Of a stretch of 38,104 nucleotides of DNA, positions 19,744 through 28,055 are shown one piece after another. Made by a program: the position numbers and the translations under genes. Numbering within the stretch: position 1 is the first letter of the stretch; every line of letters starts with the position of its first letter. Source of the DNA: a virus; the UHGV virus genome UHGV-0241771; one strand, given 5' to 3'. Under the pieces are notes generated by a model. It worked only from the letters and a program-made list of their open reading frames with translations, made no database searches and had not been told where the DNA came from.

Positions 19744-19767
19744 AGTTTTAAATTGCGCTGATTTTGT

Positions 19768-20055
19768 TTATTTTGCCCCGCCACAAATCTTGCAGTTCAC
19801 ACCGCTGGGTGTATCGCTGGCTCGCCCTTTGCAAGCCCGGTAGTACCGGCAACCTTTGTTATGGGTCTTGCCCGTTGAGCTGATCCAGTACGCTTTTTCT
19901 TCCGCTGTTGGCTTGGCTGCCGGTTTCCGGTGGTAGTGGTATTCCCCTGTTTTGCGGTTGTAGTGACCGCCGTTGGCGTCCAGGCCGCCAGGGTGTGCGC
20001 CTGCAAGGGGAGTGAGAGAGATGAGTATTAAGGGAAGGAGTGAGGTTATTTTCAT
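19768..20055 (-). CDS. Secreted YHYH-motif protein with Cys-rich C-terminus
   Basis: Signal peptide MKITSLLPLILISLTPLAGA. GGHYNRKTGEYHYH motif. C-terminal CRYYRACKG...CKICGG. Confidence 0.5.
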   Translation of the reverse strand: MKITSLLPLILISLTPLAGAHPGGLDANGGHYNRKTGEYHYHRKPAAKPTAEEKAYWISSTGKTHNKGCRYYRACKGRASDTPSGVNCKICGGAK

Positions 20056-20435
20056 GGCATTTTGAGATAGATATGGGTTGCATCCAGTTTCCAGGCTCCA
20101 TCACTTGCCAGACCGACGGCAGGCAATAGAAGGAGACATCCGCCCACTGCGTCAAGGATGCCTGTGGTTGAAATGCTGTAGTCAATAGCGGCGCAAGCGG
20201 TGCGGTTTCCTTTGGTGGCCGTAATGGCGTGACTTTCTCCTTTGGAGAGTTGCACTGTGGCCTGTCCCTGCCCCAAATAAACGCCGTCCGCACGAATTTC
20301 CGCGTCTTTTTCCGAGGCCGTGATGGTGACGGGCTGCTTTCCTTTAACAAGGAGAGAGCATGAGGATAGAAGAGGGAGGGTAACGGTCAGAAGAGCGACC
20401 GTTACCCAAGAGAGCAGTCTCTGTTGAGAGAACAT
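20052..20435 (-). CDS. Lipoprotein (127 aa)
   Basis: Lipobox LLSSC after a hydrophobic h-region. 4-bp overlap with the downstream gene. Confidence 0.45.
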   Translation of the reverse strand: MFSQQRLLSWVTVALLTVTLPLLSSCSLLVKGKQPVTITASEKDAEIRADGVYLGQGQATVQLSKGESHAITATKGNRTACAAIDYSISTTGILDAVGGCLLLLPAVGLASDGAWKLDATHIYLKMP

Positions 20436-20443
20436 GAGAGGGT

Positions 20444-20800
20444 TTAATTTTTTCTCATGATGGGGTCACCTTCCGCGACGAAGGATTCCTGCCCGTAAAT
20501 GAAGGGTATGTAAAACCATTTCCGTTCAAGCGTAGCATTGGAGAGACCAACACAGTTTGGACCGTTTTTTTCAATGGCGTTATCAATGGCTTCTTTCATG
20601 TCAGGAATGCCTGTTGGGAAGAAGATGATGATATGTTTTTTGTCTTCCCCTTTAGAACGAACGTTGTAAGTGGTGGTATACCCGGCGGTGTGCTTCAGGT
20701 CCATGTTTTTGGTGGAGGCGACGGTGAGGTCCGCCACACGGGTGGTGCACGAGACGGCCAGGAGAACGGAGCCAGCTAACAGCAAGTGTTTTATCTTCAT
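20444..20800 (-). CDS. Lipoprotein (118 aa)
   Basis: Signal peptide with lipobox LAVSC. First gene of the operon. AT-rich promoter region 20801-20925. Confidence 0.45.
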   Translation of the reverse strand: MKIKHLLLAGSVLLAVSCTTRVADLTVASTKNMDLKHTAGYTTTYNVRSKGEDKKHIIIFFPTGIPDMKEAIDNAIEKNGPNCVGLSNATLERKWFYIPFIYGQESFVAEGDPIMRKN

Positions 20801-20925
20801 ATTTATACAGTTTGAGATGTTTCAGTTCTGCATGCAATATGTTTTCATAAGATATATATGTTATGCTTGTTACGTCTGCATTTTCTATTTTCCTAACAAA
20901 TAATGTATATTTTTGTAGGGAGTGG

Positions 20926-20961
20926 TAATAAAAAAAGCCCCCTGGCCGGAGGCCAAGGGGC
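20926..20961 (-). terminator. Intrinsic terminator (minus strand)
   Basis: Hairpin gccccctggcc-gga-ggccaaggggc (10/11 bp) flanked by an A7 run on the plus strand (a T-run on the minus strand). Confidence 0.45.
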
Positions 20962-21085
20962 GAAGTGTTCTAACGTAAAGAGGCCAAACGATAGCCTCTC
21001 TTCTCAGAAAAAACAACTCCTAAATCATTGTTTCAGTATTATTATGTAAAAATGCGTACTGGAATTGTTATGAAGGGGCTGTATC

Positions 21086-21119
21086 CAACAAAAGGAGCTG
21101 CCCCGATAGAGGCAGCTCC
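21086..21119 (-). terminator. Intrinsic terminator just downstream of hicA (minus strand)
   Basis: Perfect 9-bp stem ggagctgcc/ggcagctcc with an 8-nt loop, followed on the minus strand by TTTTGTT. Lies 22 bp after the hicA stop. Confidence 0.55.
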
Positions 21120-21140
21120 TGAATATAGTAAAGGGAGGTG

Positions 21141-21467
21141 TTAATCTTCCCAGGTTCCACCTGCAGCTTCAATAGCATCCCGTACCTGAGCTGTAAGATA
21201 GTGGGGGGCATTGTCATTATCGTGGCCCGGGATAGTCACCGTCTGGCCATGAGGATGATCGTATACACGATGGGAACCCCGTCCTTGTCCTTGCTGCAGG
21301 ATGAATCCGGCATTTCGTAAGCGTCTAATCAGATCTCGTATTCGCATAAGTGATGTTGAAGATACGAGAAGAGAGGAGAGTTTCAATGGACGCTGTCCGA
21401 ATGGAAGAATCAGCCTTTTTAATAGTCTAGATTGCTCGAAAGAAATGATTACCCTTTGTTTATTCAA
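21141..21467 (-). CDS. hicA: HicA-family mRNA-interferase toxin; conserved domain begins at internal Met (21347); the long ORF start overlaps the DUF2971 stop as ATGA
   Basis: LIRRLRNAGFILQQGQGRGSHRVYDHPHGQTVTIPGH matches the HicA pattern (G.GSH....hP....vtiP.H). No HicB-like ORF (RNase H-like fold plus DNA-binding domain) on either side. Confidence 0.65.
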   Translation of the reverse strand: MNKQRVIISFEQSRLLKRLILPFGQRPLKLSSLLVSSTSLMRIRDLIRRLRNAGFILQQGQGRGSHRVYDHPHGQTVTIPGHDNDNAPHYLTAQVRDAIEAAGGTWED

Positions 21468-22441
21468 ATTATTTTACCAGGAATCAGAACAAGACCATTA
21501 TCTGCTGTTTTTTTAGGAAGGAGCTTTCTATATGGAAAGCTTTCCACAGGAGTATCATGAAATACTTCATTTTCTATTTTGGAGTAATTAGGAGATATAT
21601 AAGAATTTACTATTTTTATTTCTGGTTTTTCAATATTTTCTAATTGTAATTGCTTGTACCATTCTTGAACGTAGTGAACATTATGCGGGAACCTGACTCC
21701 AAGGACAATTCCAGATAGATATTGCAATATTTCTGAAAAAAATATATTCCCTTCATCATCCGTTGATGATGCATGTTTGATTGAACATAATAGACGCATC
21801 TCTTCTTCAAAGGACCAAGATTTATCCTTTGTTATCATTAAATCTTCTATGAATTTTGGATTAAATTTTGGATTAAAAAAAGGAAATTCATTAGGTAAAA
21901 CAACTCTATCTTCCTTATATAAAACATTATATAAGCAGTTATGTAAAAAATCTTCATGTAATTTTTCTATTCTCCAATGATTGTGATATGGCTCGTTGTG
22001 CGGTGTTACAGGTAATGAGAAAACCAGACACACTCCTTTATGCTTATCTGCGTAATGTCCCCACATCGCAGCAGATGATACGGATCTTGAAAAACAAATT
22101 ACTTGATGAGAGGAATGTTTAGTATCATCGTTATATCTTATTCCGGACGGCAAAAATTCAAAAATATCATTTGTTCTATAAGGATTTGTTCCTTTTATGC
22201 GCCATTCTCTGAGTATTTTTTTCGCAATTTCCCAAGACTGATAAATATAAAGGTCAACAACTTTGGGATTCATAAATTGCAATAAAGTTTCTTCATGTTC
22301 TCTAGAAGGAGCTTCCCCGTCTTCCACCCATTTATCTACGTCCTCATCTGAAAGACAAAAATTATGGGCTATCCACTTTTTATCTCTATTTGAGAATTTT
22401 AACCATTCTTTTATTTTTTCAGAATATGCAGAATTAACCAT
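21464..22441 (-). CDS. DUF2971-like protein (325 aa), cI-operon moron
   Basis: AAMWGHYADKHKGVCLVF matches the DUF2971 signature as I recall it. Low GC. Stop overlaps the hicA long-ORF start codon (ATGA). Confidence 0.55.
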   Translation of the reverse strand: MVNSAYSEKIKEWLKFSNRDKKWIAHNFCLSDEDVDKWVEDGEAPSREHEETLLQFMNPKVVDLYIYQSWEIAKKILREWRIKGTNPYRTNDIFEFLPSGIRYNDDTKHSSHQVICFSRSVSSAAMWGHYADKHKGVCLVFSLPVTPHNEPYHNHWRIEKLHEDFLHNCLYNVLYKEDRVVLPNEFPFFNPKFNPKFIEDLMITKDKSWSFEEEMRLLCSIKHASSTDDEGNIFFSEILQYLSGIVLGVRFPHNVHYVQEWYKQLQLENIEKPEIKIVNSYISPNYSKIENEVFHDTPVESFPYRKLLPKKTADNGLVLIPGKII

Positions 22442-22557
22442 GACTGTTTTTGAAAAAAATTAAATAATAAAAATTATTCTTTTTTAGTCGATATTTTATT
22501 GATGAAAACAAATACAATATCAATATATTTTATATGTTATTGTTCCATTCTTTTGAA

Positions 22558-23370
22558 TCAAGCTTTCTCCCACCTGTCCAGGGTTTCTACGTATAGAGCG
22601 GAGATTTTGCCGCCGTCCATCGGTTCGATGTCTCCGAAGGCAGGGTTGATGGGATGGAGGGTGTATTCCATTTTGCCGGTTTCCGGGTTTTTCCTGCAGA
22701 CCAGTTTTTTGAGCGTCACGCCGCGTTCATCATGGTATTGAACAATGGTTCCGGGTTTGGGGATGGGGGGGATGGTGTATTTTTTCATGATGACTACGGA
22801 GCCGTCCGGAATGGAAGGTTCCATAGAGTGGCCGTTCACGCGCAGCAGGTATTCTCCTTTTTCCAGTTCACGGTATAGCCGGATGTCCTGCGGGATGGTG
22901 TCTCCATCCGCCAGGTTGCCGGCGGCAATGTTGCCGATGATTTGTCCCTGGGCTTCCAAGGGGGGGGCTGTGAATGTTTTTACCGGGGTAAACTGTTTGT
23001 GGACTGCTTCCGCTTTCCTTTTCTGATGTGCCTTGGCTGTGACTTGAAGGATATGGGAAACCATATCCTCTATAGTTTTTTTTGCTTCATCCGCCATGGC
23101 GCGGAGTTGCTTTTCAAAGTCTGGCGGAAGCTCAAACTCAATTTCTTCCTCCCCTGACATCAGTTTTTCAATGAGTTCCATTTTTTGAGGGACGATCGGC
23201 TTGCCAGCGGAAAGCCAGTTATCAACTGTTCGCTTACTGACTAGCGTTTTTTCAGCTAACCACGCGCGGTCTCTCCCTATCTTTTTGAGCCACGTTTTGA
23301 TGTCTTCTGCATTAAGCATGTCAGCATTATGCACCAGAAGCGCATTAAGAGCAATAGAAATATTTATCAT
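22558..23370 (-). CDS. CI-like prophage repressor (N-terminal HTH, C-terminal S24 LexA-like peptidase)
   Basis: HTH segment DIKTWLKKIGRDRAWLAEKTLVSKRTVDNWLS. S24 motifs VNGHSMEP (Ser) and VTLKKL (Lys). ATG at 23370 (TTG alternative at 23382). Divergent from the cro-like gene. Confidence 0.8.
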   Translation of the reverse strand: MINISIALNALLVHNADMLNAEDIKTWLKKIGRDRAWLAEKTLVSKRTVDNWLSAGKPIVPQKMELIEKLMSGEEEIEFELPPDFEKQLRAMADEAKKTIEDMVSHILQVTAKAHQKRKAEAVHKQFTPVKTFTAPPLEAQGQIIGNIAAGNLADGDTIPQDIRLYRELEKGEYLLRVNGHSMEPSIPDGSVVIMKKYTIPPIPKPGTIVQYHDERGVTLKKLVCRKNPETGKMEYTLHPINPAFGDIEPMDGGKISALYVETLDRWEKA

Positions 23371-23455
23371 CGATACACCCAAAACGAAAAATAATATTGA
23401 CTAGATTTCGTCTCTGGTGCATTTTAAGGCTATCAACAGAACGCAAGACGCGAAT
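23371..23455. promoter_or_regulatory. Divergent cI/cro-type switch region with sigma70-like TTGACT -35 (23397..23402)
   Basis: 85-bp AT-rich region between divergent starts. TTGACT, a 17-18 bp spacer, then ATTTTA precede the + strand gene. Confidence 0.4.
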
Positions 23456-23641
23456 ATGATCATCGACCTGAAAAAAGAAACGCAAGAAGTTCGGGAGTGG
23501 TTCCGGGATGCGCAGGCCGCTACAGGCTTGAGCGGCCGGGCTCTCGTTATCGGTGCCATCATGGATTTCCGCCAGAAGGCAAAAGAACGTACTCTCCAAC
23601 CTCGAAAAAAGAACCCCGAACCCAAGAAGCCGGCAGCATGA
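23456..23641 (+). CDS. Cro-like small regulator (61 aa; alternative GTG start 23417)
   Basis: First gene divergent from cI. Basic C-terminus. Stop overlaps the next start (ATGA). Confidence 0.4.
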   Translation: MIIDLKKETQEVREWFRDAQAATGLSGRALVIGAIMDFRQKAKERTLQPRKKNPEPKKPAA

Positions 23642-24174
23642 AAACAGAAGATTTAGTCGTCCGGATAGAGTTTCTTAATAGCAAACGGGGAGAGTCTAAA
23701 GATACGCCATGTATTGGGGTGAATGCGGATGGTGCCAACATCGACCAGGAATCCTTTGTTTACGAGACAGCGGACGCTTTTGTCCGCAGGGTCGAGTTCA
23801 AGCTCGGCGCTCTGGGATTGAACAAAGGAGAGAAGCCTTTTCTTCTCGTCTTTGGGGAGACTTTGGAAGATACGTTCGTTCCTTTTCTCTGCGGCACGGT
23901 TGGAAGAAAGCTGGAGAAGATTGCCGCCGAGCTTCCCCATGATGCGCACCAGGATAATGGAAACACTAAGCAGGAAGATGATATATGCGACGTGGTTGTG
24001 CTGGTTTGTCCACTCGGAGATGCCAAGTGGTATCAGAAGTTTCTCTGGGGTGATGAGGTAAATCCCGCTGGCACAAGCAAGTACGCAGTCCGTGTGTTTG
24101 ATGGCGAGCGTTTTAAGGAGCTCCGCGAGTGGGCCAAACGTGGCGATTTCCATAGACGGGATTTTACCCGATAA
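23638..24174 (+). CDS. Hypothetical early protein (178 aa)
   Basis: ATGA coupling to the cro-like gene. Natural-looking codon usage. Preferred over the fully overlapping minus ORF 23653..24153. Confidence 0.45.
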   Translation: MKTEDLVVRIEFLNSKRGESKDTPCIGVNADGANIDQESFVYETADAFVRRVEFKLGALGLNKGEKPFLLVFGETLEDTFVPFLCGTVGRKLEKIAAELPHDAHQDNGNTKQEDDICDVVVLVCPLGDAKWYQKFLWGDEVNPAGTSKYAVRVFDGERFKELREWAKRGDFHRRDFTR

Positions 24175-24197
24175 CCCTAATTATTTCAAACCTAACA

Positions 24198-24464
24198 ATG
24201 ATGATGAATACGAATACAGAATTACCGAGGAATGCTCGGATGTTGACCAAGGAAGAAGCAGATGACTGGGACAAGAGCTGTTCCGCTTTCGGCCCCATTT
24301 TCCTCGAAGTAGATGGGGAAATACGCGAGTTTGAAAGAATAAGTTCCTGTCCTTCCCCTGTTCTGGGGAAAGGTTTCCTGGTATTGGCTGTCTCTTGCCC
24401 CGAATGGGGGAAAGAGAAACTAGTGATTGTTGCCAGATGTAAAGAAGGAAAGGAGGTAGTTTGA
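24198..24464 (+). CDS. Hypothetical small protein (88 aa)
   Basis: Same orientation as the early operon. No domain recognised. Confidence 0.35.
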   Translation: MMMNTNTELPRNARMLTKEEADDWDKSCSAFGPIFLEVDGEIREFERISSCPSPVLGKGFLVLAVSCPEWGKEKLVIVARCKEGKEVV

Positions 24465-24614
24465 ATGAATGATGCGGAATCTAGAATTCGCGTTAGGGAT
24501 GGTGAGAATATAGGTATAGGTTCCGTCGTCATTTTTATCAATCATAGCAATGTAATCCACATTCACGATATGGGGACGACCAGAAGAATCTTCTATTGTG
24601 ATGAATTTAGGCAT
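24420..24614 (-). CDS. Hypothetical small protein (64 aa), convergent and overlapping
   Basis: Plausible compositional profile. Its first 13 nt (ATGCCTAAATTCA) are duplicated ~70 bp upstream on the same strand. Confidence 0.25.
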   Translation of the reverse strand: MPKFITIEDSSGRPHIVNVDYIAMIDKNDDGTYTYILTIPNANSRFRIIHSNYLLSFFTSGNNH

Positions 24615-24776
24615 AACGGAATAGTAGCCTGACAGCTTTCATCTTCAAGAATAATGAGCCGGCATGCGCATGAATTTAGGCAATACGAGCACATTCAAAG
24701 CCAAGACGTTACATTGGCAGGCTCTCCACTTTTATTTAAGTAATAACAACCAATATTAATCACTAACAAATAATCA

Positions 24777-24926
24777 ATGATGAACTGGACTGAATTTATT
24801 GTTGTCACGATGCTCAACCTGGCAGGCTACTTGTCCGCGTTGATGCTTGGTATCAGCCTGGGAGAGAAACACATCATACGCCAGGTAAACAGAACCCTGG
24901 AAGAGATGAGAAAGGAGCGGGCATGA
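24777..24926 (+). CDS. Small membrane protein (49 aa)
   Basis: One TM helix. ATGA overlap with the next small ORF. Below the ORF-track length cutoff. Confidence 0.3.
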   Translation: MMNWTEFIVVTMLNLAGYLSALMLGISLGEKHIIRQVNRTLEEMRKERA

Positions 24927-25090
24927 TTGTCGAATACGATAACGAGGATCGGTGCATCCGGGTGAATGGAGAATACGTCGCCATCCGGGAAGCGGAGGGC
25001 CTCATGGACGATTTGACGCTGGCGATTGACCAGTGGGAAGTGGATCACGCCGCGCAGTGCGACAACCCTGACGGACATGATGACGACTGA
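24923..25090 (+). CDS. Small acidic protein (55 aa)
   Basis: Translationally coupled to the preceding small ORF. The minus-strand ORF 24827..25093 is judged a shadow. Confidence 0.3.
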   Translation: MIVEYDNEDRCIRVNGEYVAIREAEGLMDDLTLAIDQWEVDHAAQCDNPDGHDDD

Positions 25091-25271
25091 CATGGAAGAA
25101 GCCCTGATCGAAGATTTGAAGCTGCTCGGCTGGCACGAGCTTTAACTAATCGCCCGGCCCAGGTGGGGCCTGAAACCAAAAACAAAAATCGAAACGGAAA
25201 AGAGTAATACGGTCTGGCAGGCGCGGGGCGGCGTAAAGTCCCGTCCGGGCGGCCATTTTAATTAACCGAAT

Positions 25272-25691
25272 ATGAGCACGAATGAAAAAACGTTGAAGAG
25301 TCTGGCGGATGCCCTGGAAACCATAGCCAGGGTTCTTAAGGAGGCTGCTTCTTCTCCTGTTCCTTCCTCCCCGGAGGCGGCGAGCGTGGGATTATTGCCT
25401 GATTCCGACGAGGCGCAGGCGATTACCGCCTTCCGCGGCAAGGTAGTTGTCACTCTGGATGACGTGAGGTTCATGACGGGCTGGGGAAGAGAGCGTATTC
25501 TTGCCCTTGTCCAGGACGGCAGCATTCAGGCATTGCCCGGAACAGGAAGCGCCGGATGCCCCTATGAGTTCCCTGCCCTGTCTGTATGGCGCTATATCCA
25601 TCAGCAGGATCATGCACAGAAGCCTCAAGTGAATGGAGTGGATATGAATATTCTTCCCCCGCGCAGAAGACGAAAGGGGGCTGCGGCATGA
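25272..25691 (+). CDS. Xis/AlpA-type HTH DNA-binding protein
   Basis: VVVTLDDVRFMTGWGRERILALVQDGSIQALP resembles excisionase/MerR-family HTH_17 proteins. Confidence 0.45.
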   Translation: MSTNEKTLKSLADALETIARVLKEAASSPVPSSPEAASVGLLPDSDEAQAITAFRGKVVVTLDDVRFMTGWGRERILALVQDGSIQALPGTGSAGCPYEFPALSVWRYIHQQDHAQKPQVNGVDMNILPPRRRRKGAAA

Positions 25692-25894
25692 AGAGTTTTT
25701 TCAAATTTCTGGGAGCCTGCTCCTTTGGTTTTTCCGCTGTAAGTCTGTTCTGGCTGGCGGTGGAGCTGGATAACGCCGAGCTGCAGGCCGGCAAGAGTCC
25801 GCATTCCGGGTTTTGCCCGGAGTCTCCCTCCCCCATGAAAGCTTTTGACGGTTTGGAAAAACCGTCCCGCCCTCACGGTATGAGGAAACAATGA
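25688..25894 (+). CDS. Small membrane protein (68 aa)
   Basis: ATGA overlaps on both sides. One TM helix (FLGACSFGFSAVSLFWLAV). Confidence 0.4.
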   Translation: MKSFFKFLGACSFGFSAVSLFWLAVELDNAELQAGKSPHSGFCPESPSPMKAFDGLEKPSRPHGMRKQ

Positions 25895-26856
25895 GTTGGC
25901 CGGGGACGGCGGCAACCGAACCCCGGCCTGTTATCAATAACATGAATGTGAATACTAATAACGTGAATACCCCTAACACAGAATCCCTGACTTTACAAGA
26001 GCAAGGACAGCAACTGTCCGTTCTGGGAGCGTTTGCTAACAGTGAACAGTTCCAGATGGCGAAGCAGGCCGCCGAAATGCTTGCCTCCTCCAGCATGGTG
26101 CCTGTTACCTACCAGAATAACCCCGGATCTTGCTTCATCGCCCTGAATACTGCCCTGCGGCTACGGATGGACCCTTTGATGATCATGCAGAATCTTTACG
26201 TGGTTCAGAATCGCCCGTCCTGGTCCGGACAGTTTGCTATTGCTCTTGTGAATATCTGCCCGAAGTTCTCGGCGACTTGGTTCGAGTACCGTAATGAGGA
26301 GGATTTTCAGAAGGGTGTGAGAATGTGTGCCCAGCTGAAAACGGGACAGAATGTTTACGGAACCTGGATTACCCCGGAGATGGTGAAGGCCGAAGGATGG
26401 GGGAAGAAGTGGCAGACGATGCCAGAACAGATGTACAAGTACCGTGCCGCGGCGTTTTTCGCCCGGACGAATTGCCCGGAAGCGTTGCTGGGATTGAGCG
26501 TGGAGGGAGAGGCGGAAGATATTGCCGGCAAGAGCCAGCCGGATATTAAGCCGCCCCTGTTCAAGTCCAGGGAGATTTCCGGAGGTGACGTTGTGGATGC
26601 CGAGAAGGTTGCTGACTCCCCGCGTCTCCCAGTTGCCGCGAAGATCCCCGGCAAAAGCGACGCGGAGATTCCCCCTCCTCATATCCGGTTGATGGAAGCC
26701 CTGTCTTGCACGGAAGAGGAGTTGAATGCCGTGTTTAAGAAGGCGTCCGGCGGCAAGGTGGATAGCTGGAAGAAGCTCACTACCGCAAAGCTGGAAGATT
26801 GCCTGGGGAACCTGGGAGAGATGCAGGCTGTGCTGGCTGAAATTCAAGCGCAATAG
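25891..26856 (+). CDS. recT: RecT-family single-strand annealing protein
   Basis: GKKWQTMPEQMYKYRAAAFFARTNCPEAL parallels RecT GPWVTHWEEMAKKTAIRRLFKYLP. SCFIALNTALRL...QFAIALVN core. Confidence 0.65.
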   Translation: MSWPGTAATEPRPVINNMNVNTNNVNTPNTESLTLQEQGQQLSVLGAFANSEQFQMAKQAAEMLASSSMVPVTYQNNPGSCFIALNTALRLRMDPLMIMQNLYVVQNRPSWSGQFAIALVNICPKFSATWFEYRNEEDFQKGVRMCAQLKTGQNVYGTWITPEMVKAEGWGKKWQTMPEQMYKYRAAAFFARTNCPEALLGLSVEGEAEDIAGKSQPDIKPPLFKSREISGGDVVDAEKVADSPRLPVAAKIPGKSDAEIPPPHIRLMEALSCTEEELNAVFKKASGGKVDSWKKLTTAKLEDCLGNLGEMQAVLAEIQAQ

Positions 26857-26873
26857 GAAGGAGAAGCAGATAC

Positions 26874-28055
26874 ATGGATACGTTATCGACTTATGATCCC
26901 CGCCAGGGGCTGCCCTCCGCCTCCGCATTTGGCCGGCTGGCGCTGTGTCCCGGCTCTTTTACCTTAGAGCAGTCTTGCCCGGATGAAATTTCCGCCGCGG
27001 CGAACGAAGGAACCTTGCTGCACGCCTATATGGAACAGTTGCTGACCGGGGAACCCTGGGAAGGCGCCCCCTTGACTGCGGAACAGGTGGAACTTTGCGA
27101 ACGCGCCATGCGTATGTTGGACGGGGTGAAAGAGATGATTGAGAGAGATCATCCCGGCGCCGTGTTTTATCTGATCTCCACGGAACAAAGAGTGTTTTAC
27201 CGCAACCTGTTCGGGACTGCGTACTATTCCGGACAGTGGGACGCCTTGTTTGAAGTGAATTGCCCCGATGCCGGCTTCATGCTGGTGGCGGACTGGAAAT
27301 TTGGCCGTGTGGAGGTGGATTCCGCCGAGGCCAATCGCCAGCTTGAGGCCCTTGTCCCTTTGGTGGCCCAAAAGGAGCAGAATGACAACGTCATTCATCA
27401 AGGCATTTACGCCGCTGTTATCCAGCCGCGGGTAGCCGGTCCCGCATCCGTGGCATTTTATGATACCGAAGCGATTGACCAGGCCGAACAACGTTCTCTC
27501 GCCGTCGCCAAGGCGGCTATGGCCCCGGACGCCCCGCGCTATTGCAGCGAGGAAGCTTGCCGGTATTGCCGGGCCAAGGCTGTGTGTCACGAGGCAGCGG
27601 CCCTGGTGGAGCAGGCGTCTTTGATTACTACGGAGAGGGATAAGTGGGAGTTGTTTTCCCCTGCCGAGAAGGTGAAGGCTTACCGCCTGGCGAAGACGGC
27701 AAAGAAATGGGCGGCGGCTGTGGATTACCGGTTTGAACAGGATGTGGCCGCCGGCCTGATTCCCGGTTTTGAGATGGCGCCCGGACGCACCAGTTTCACG
27801 GTAACGGATCCTTCCGGGGCGTTTTCCGCGTTGAATGCCGTGTTCCCGGACGAGGTGACGGCGGAAGCGTTTGCCGGATGCTGCAAAGTCGGCATCACGG
27901 AACTGGACAGACTGGTGCACGCGGTCCGTAAAGCGGCGGATCCGAAGGCGACCACGAAGGCCAGCCGCGAATGGCTGCGGCAGTTGCTGGCGAAGTATGG
28001 CGAATCGAAAACCACGAAGGGTTCCGTGAAGGAAGTGGAAGGAGGTGCGGCATGA
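26874..28055 (+). CDS. PD-(D/E)xK family exonuclease with Cas4-like cysteine cluster (partner of RecT)
   Basis: FMLVADWKFGRVEV...QLEALV (D...E.K-like motif). Cys at LCPGSF plus C-terminal CSEEACRYCRAKAVC. Operon position next to RecT. Confidence 0.55.
   Translation: MDTLSTYDPRQGLPSASAFGRLALCPGSFTLEQSCPDEISAAANEGTLLHAYMEQLLTGEPWEGAPLTAEQVELCERAMRMLDGVKEMIERDHPGAVFYLISTEQRVFYRNLFGTAYYSGQWDALFEVNCPDAGFMLVADWKFGRVEVDSAEANRQLEALVPLVAQKEQNDNVIHQGIYAAVIQPRVAGPASVAFYDTEAIDQAEQRSLAVAKAAMAPDAPRYCSEEACRYCRAKAVCHEAAALVEQASLITTERDKWELFSPAEKVKAYRLAKTAKKWAAAVDYRFEQDVAAGLIPGFEMAPGRTSFTVTDPSGAFSALNAVFPDEVTAEAFAGCCKVGITELDRLVHAVRKAADPKATTKASREWLRQLLAKYGESKTTKGSVKEVEGGAA

Noticed and set aside
20444-20800. Naming the 118-aa lipoprotein as a TRL-family protein
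   Set aside because: The resemblance is only a vague recollection, without a diagnostic motif I can point to.
21072-21149. 25-codon + strand ORF antisense to the hicA terminator hairpin
   Set aside because: Too short, no SD, and it overlaps a terminator stem. It is mentioned only as part of the hairpin-rich tail.
23653-24153. 166-aa minus ORF fully overlapping the + strand gene 23638..24174
   Set aside because: The + strand ORF is translationally coupled (ATGA) to the cro-like gene and fits the early-operon direction. Only one of the two can reasonably be real, and I kept the + strand ORF.
24827-25093. 88-aa minus ORF
   Set aside because: It is covered by two short, translationally coupled + strand ORFs (24777..24926 and 24923..25090) that fit the local operon direction. 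The call is low confidence either way.
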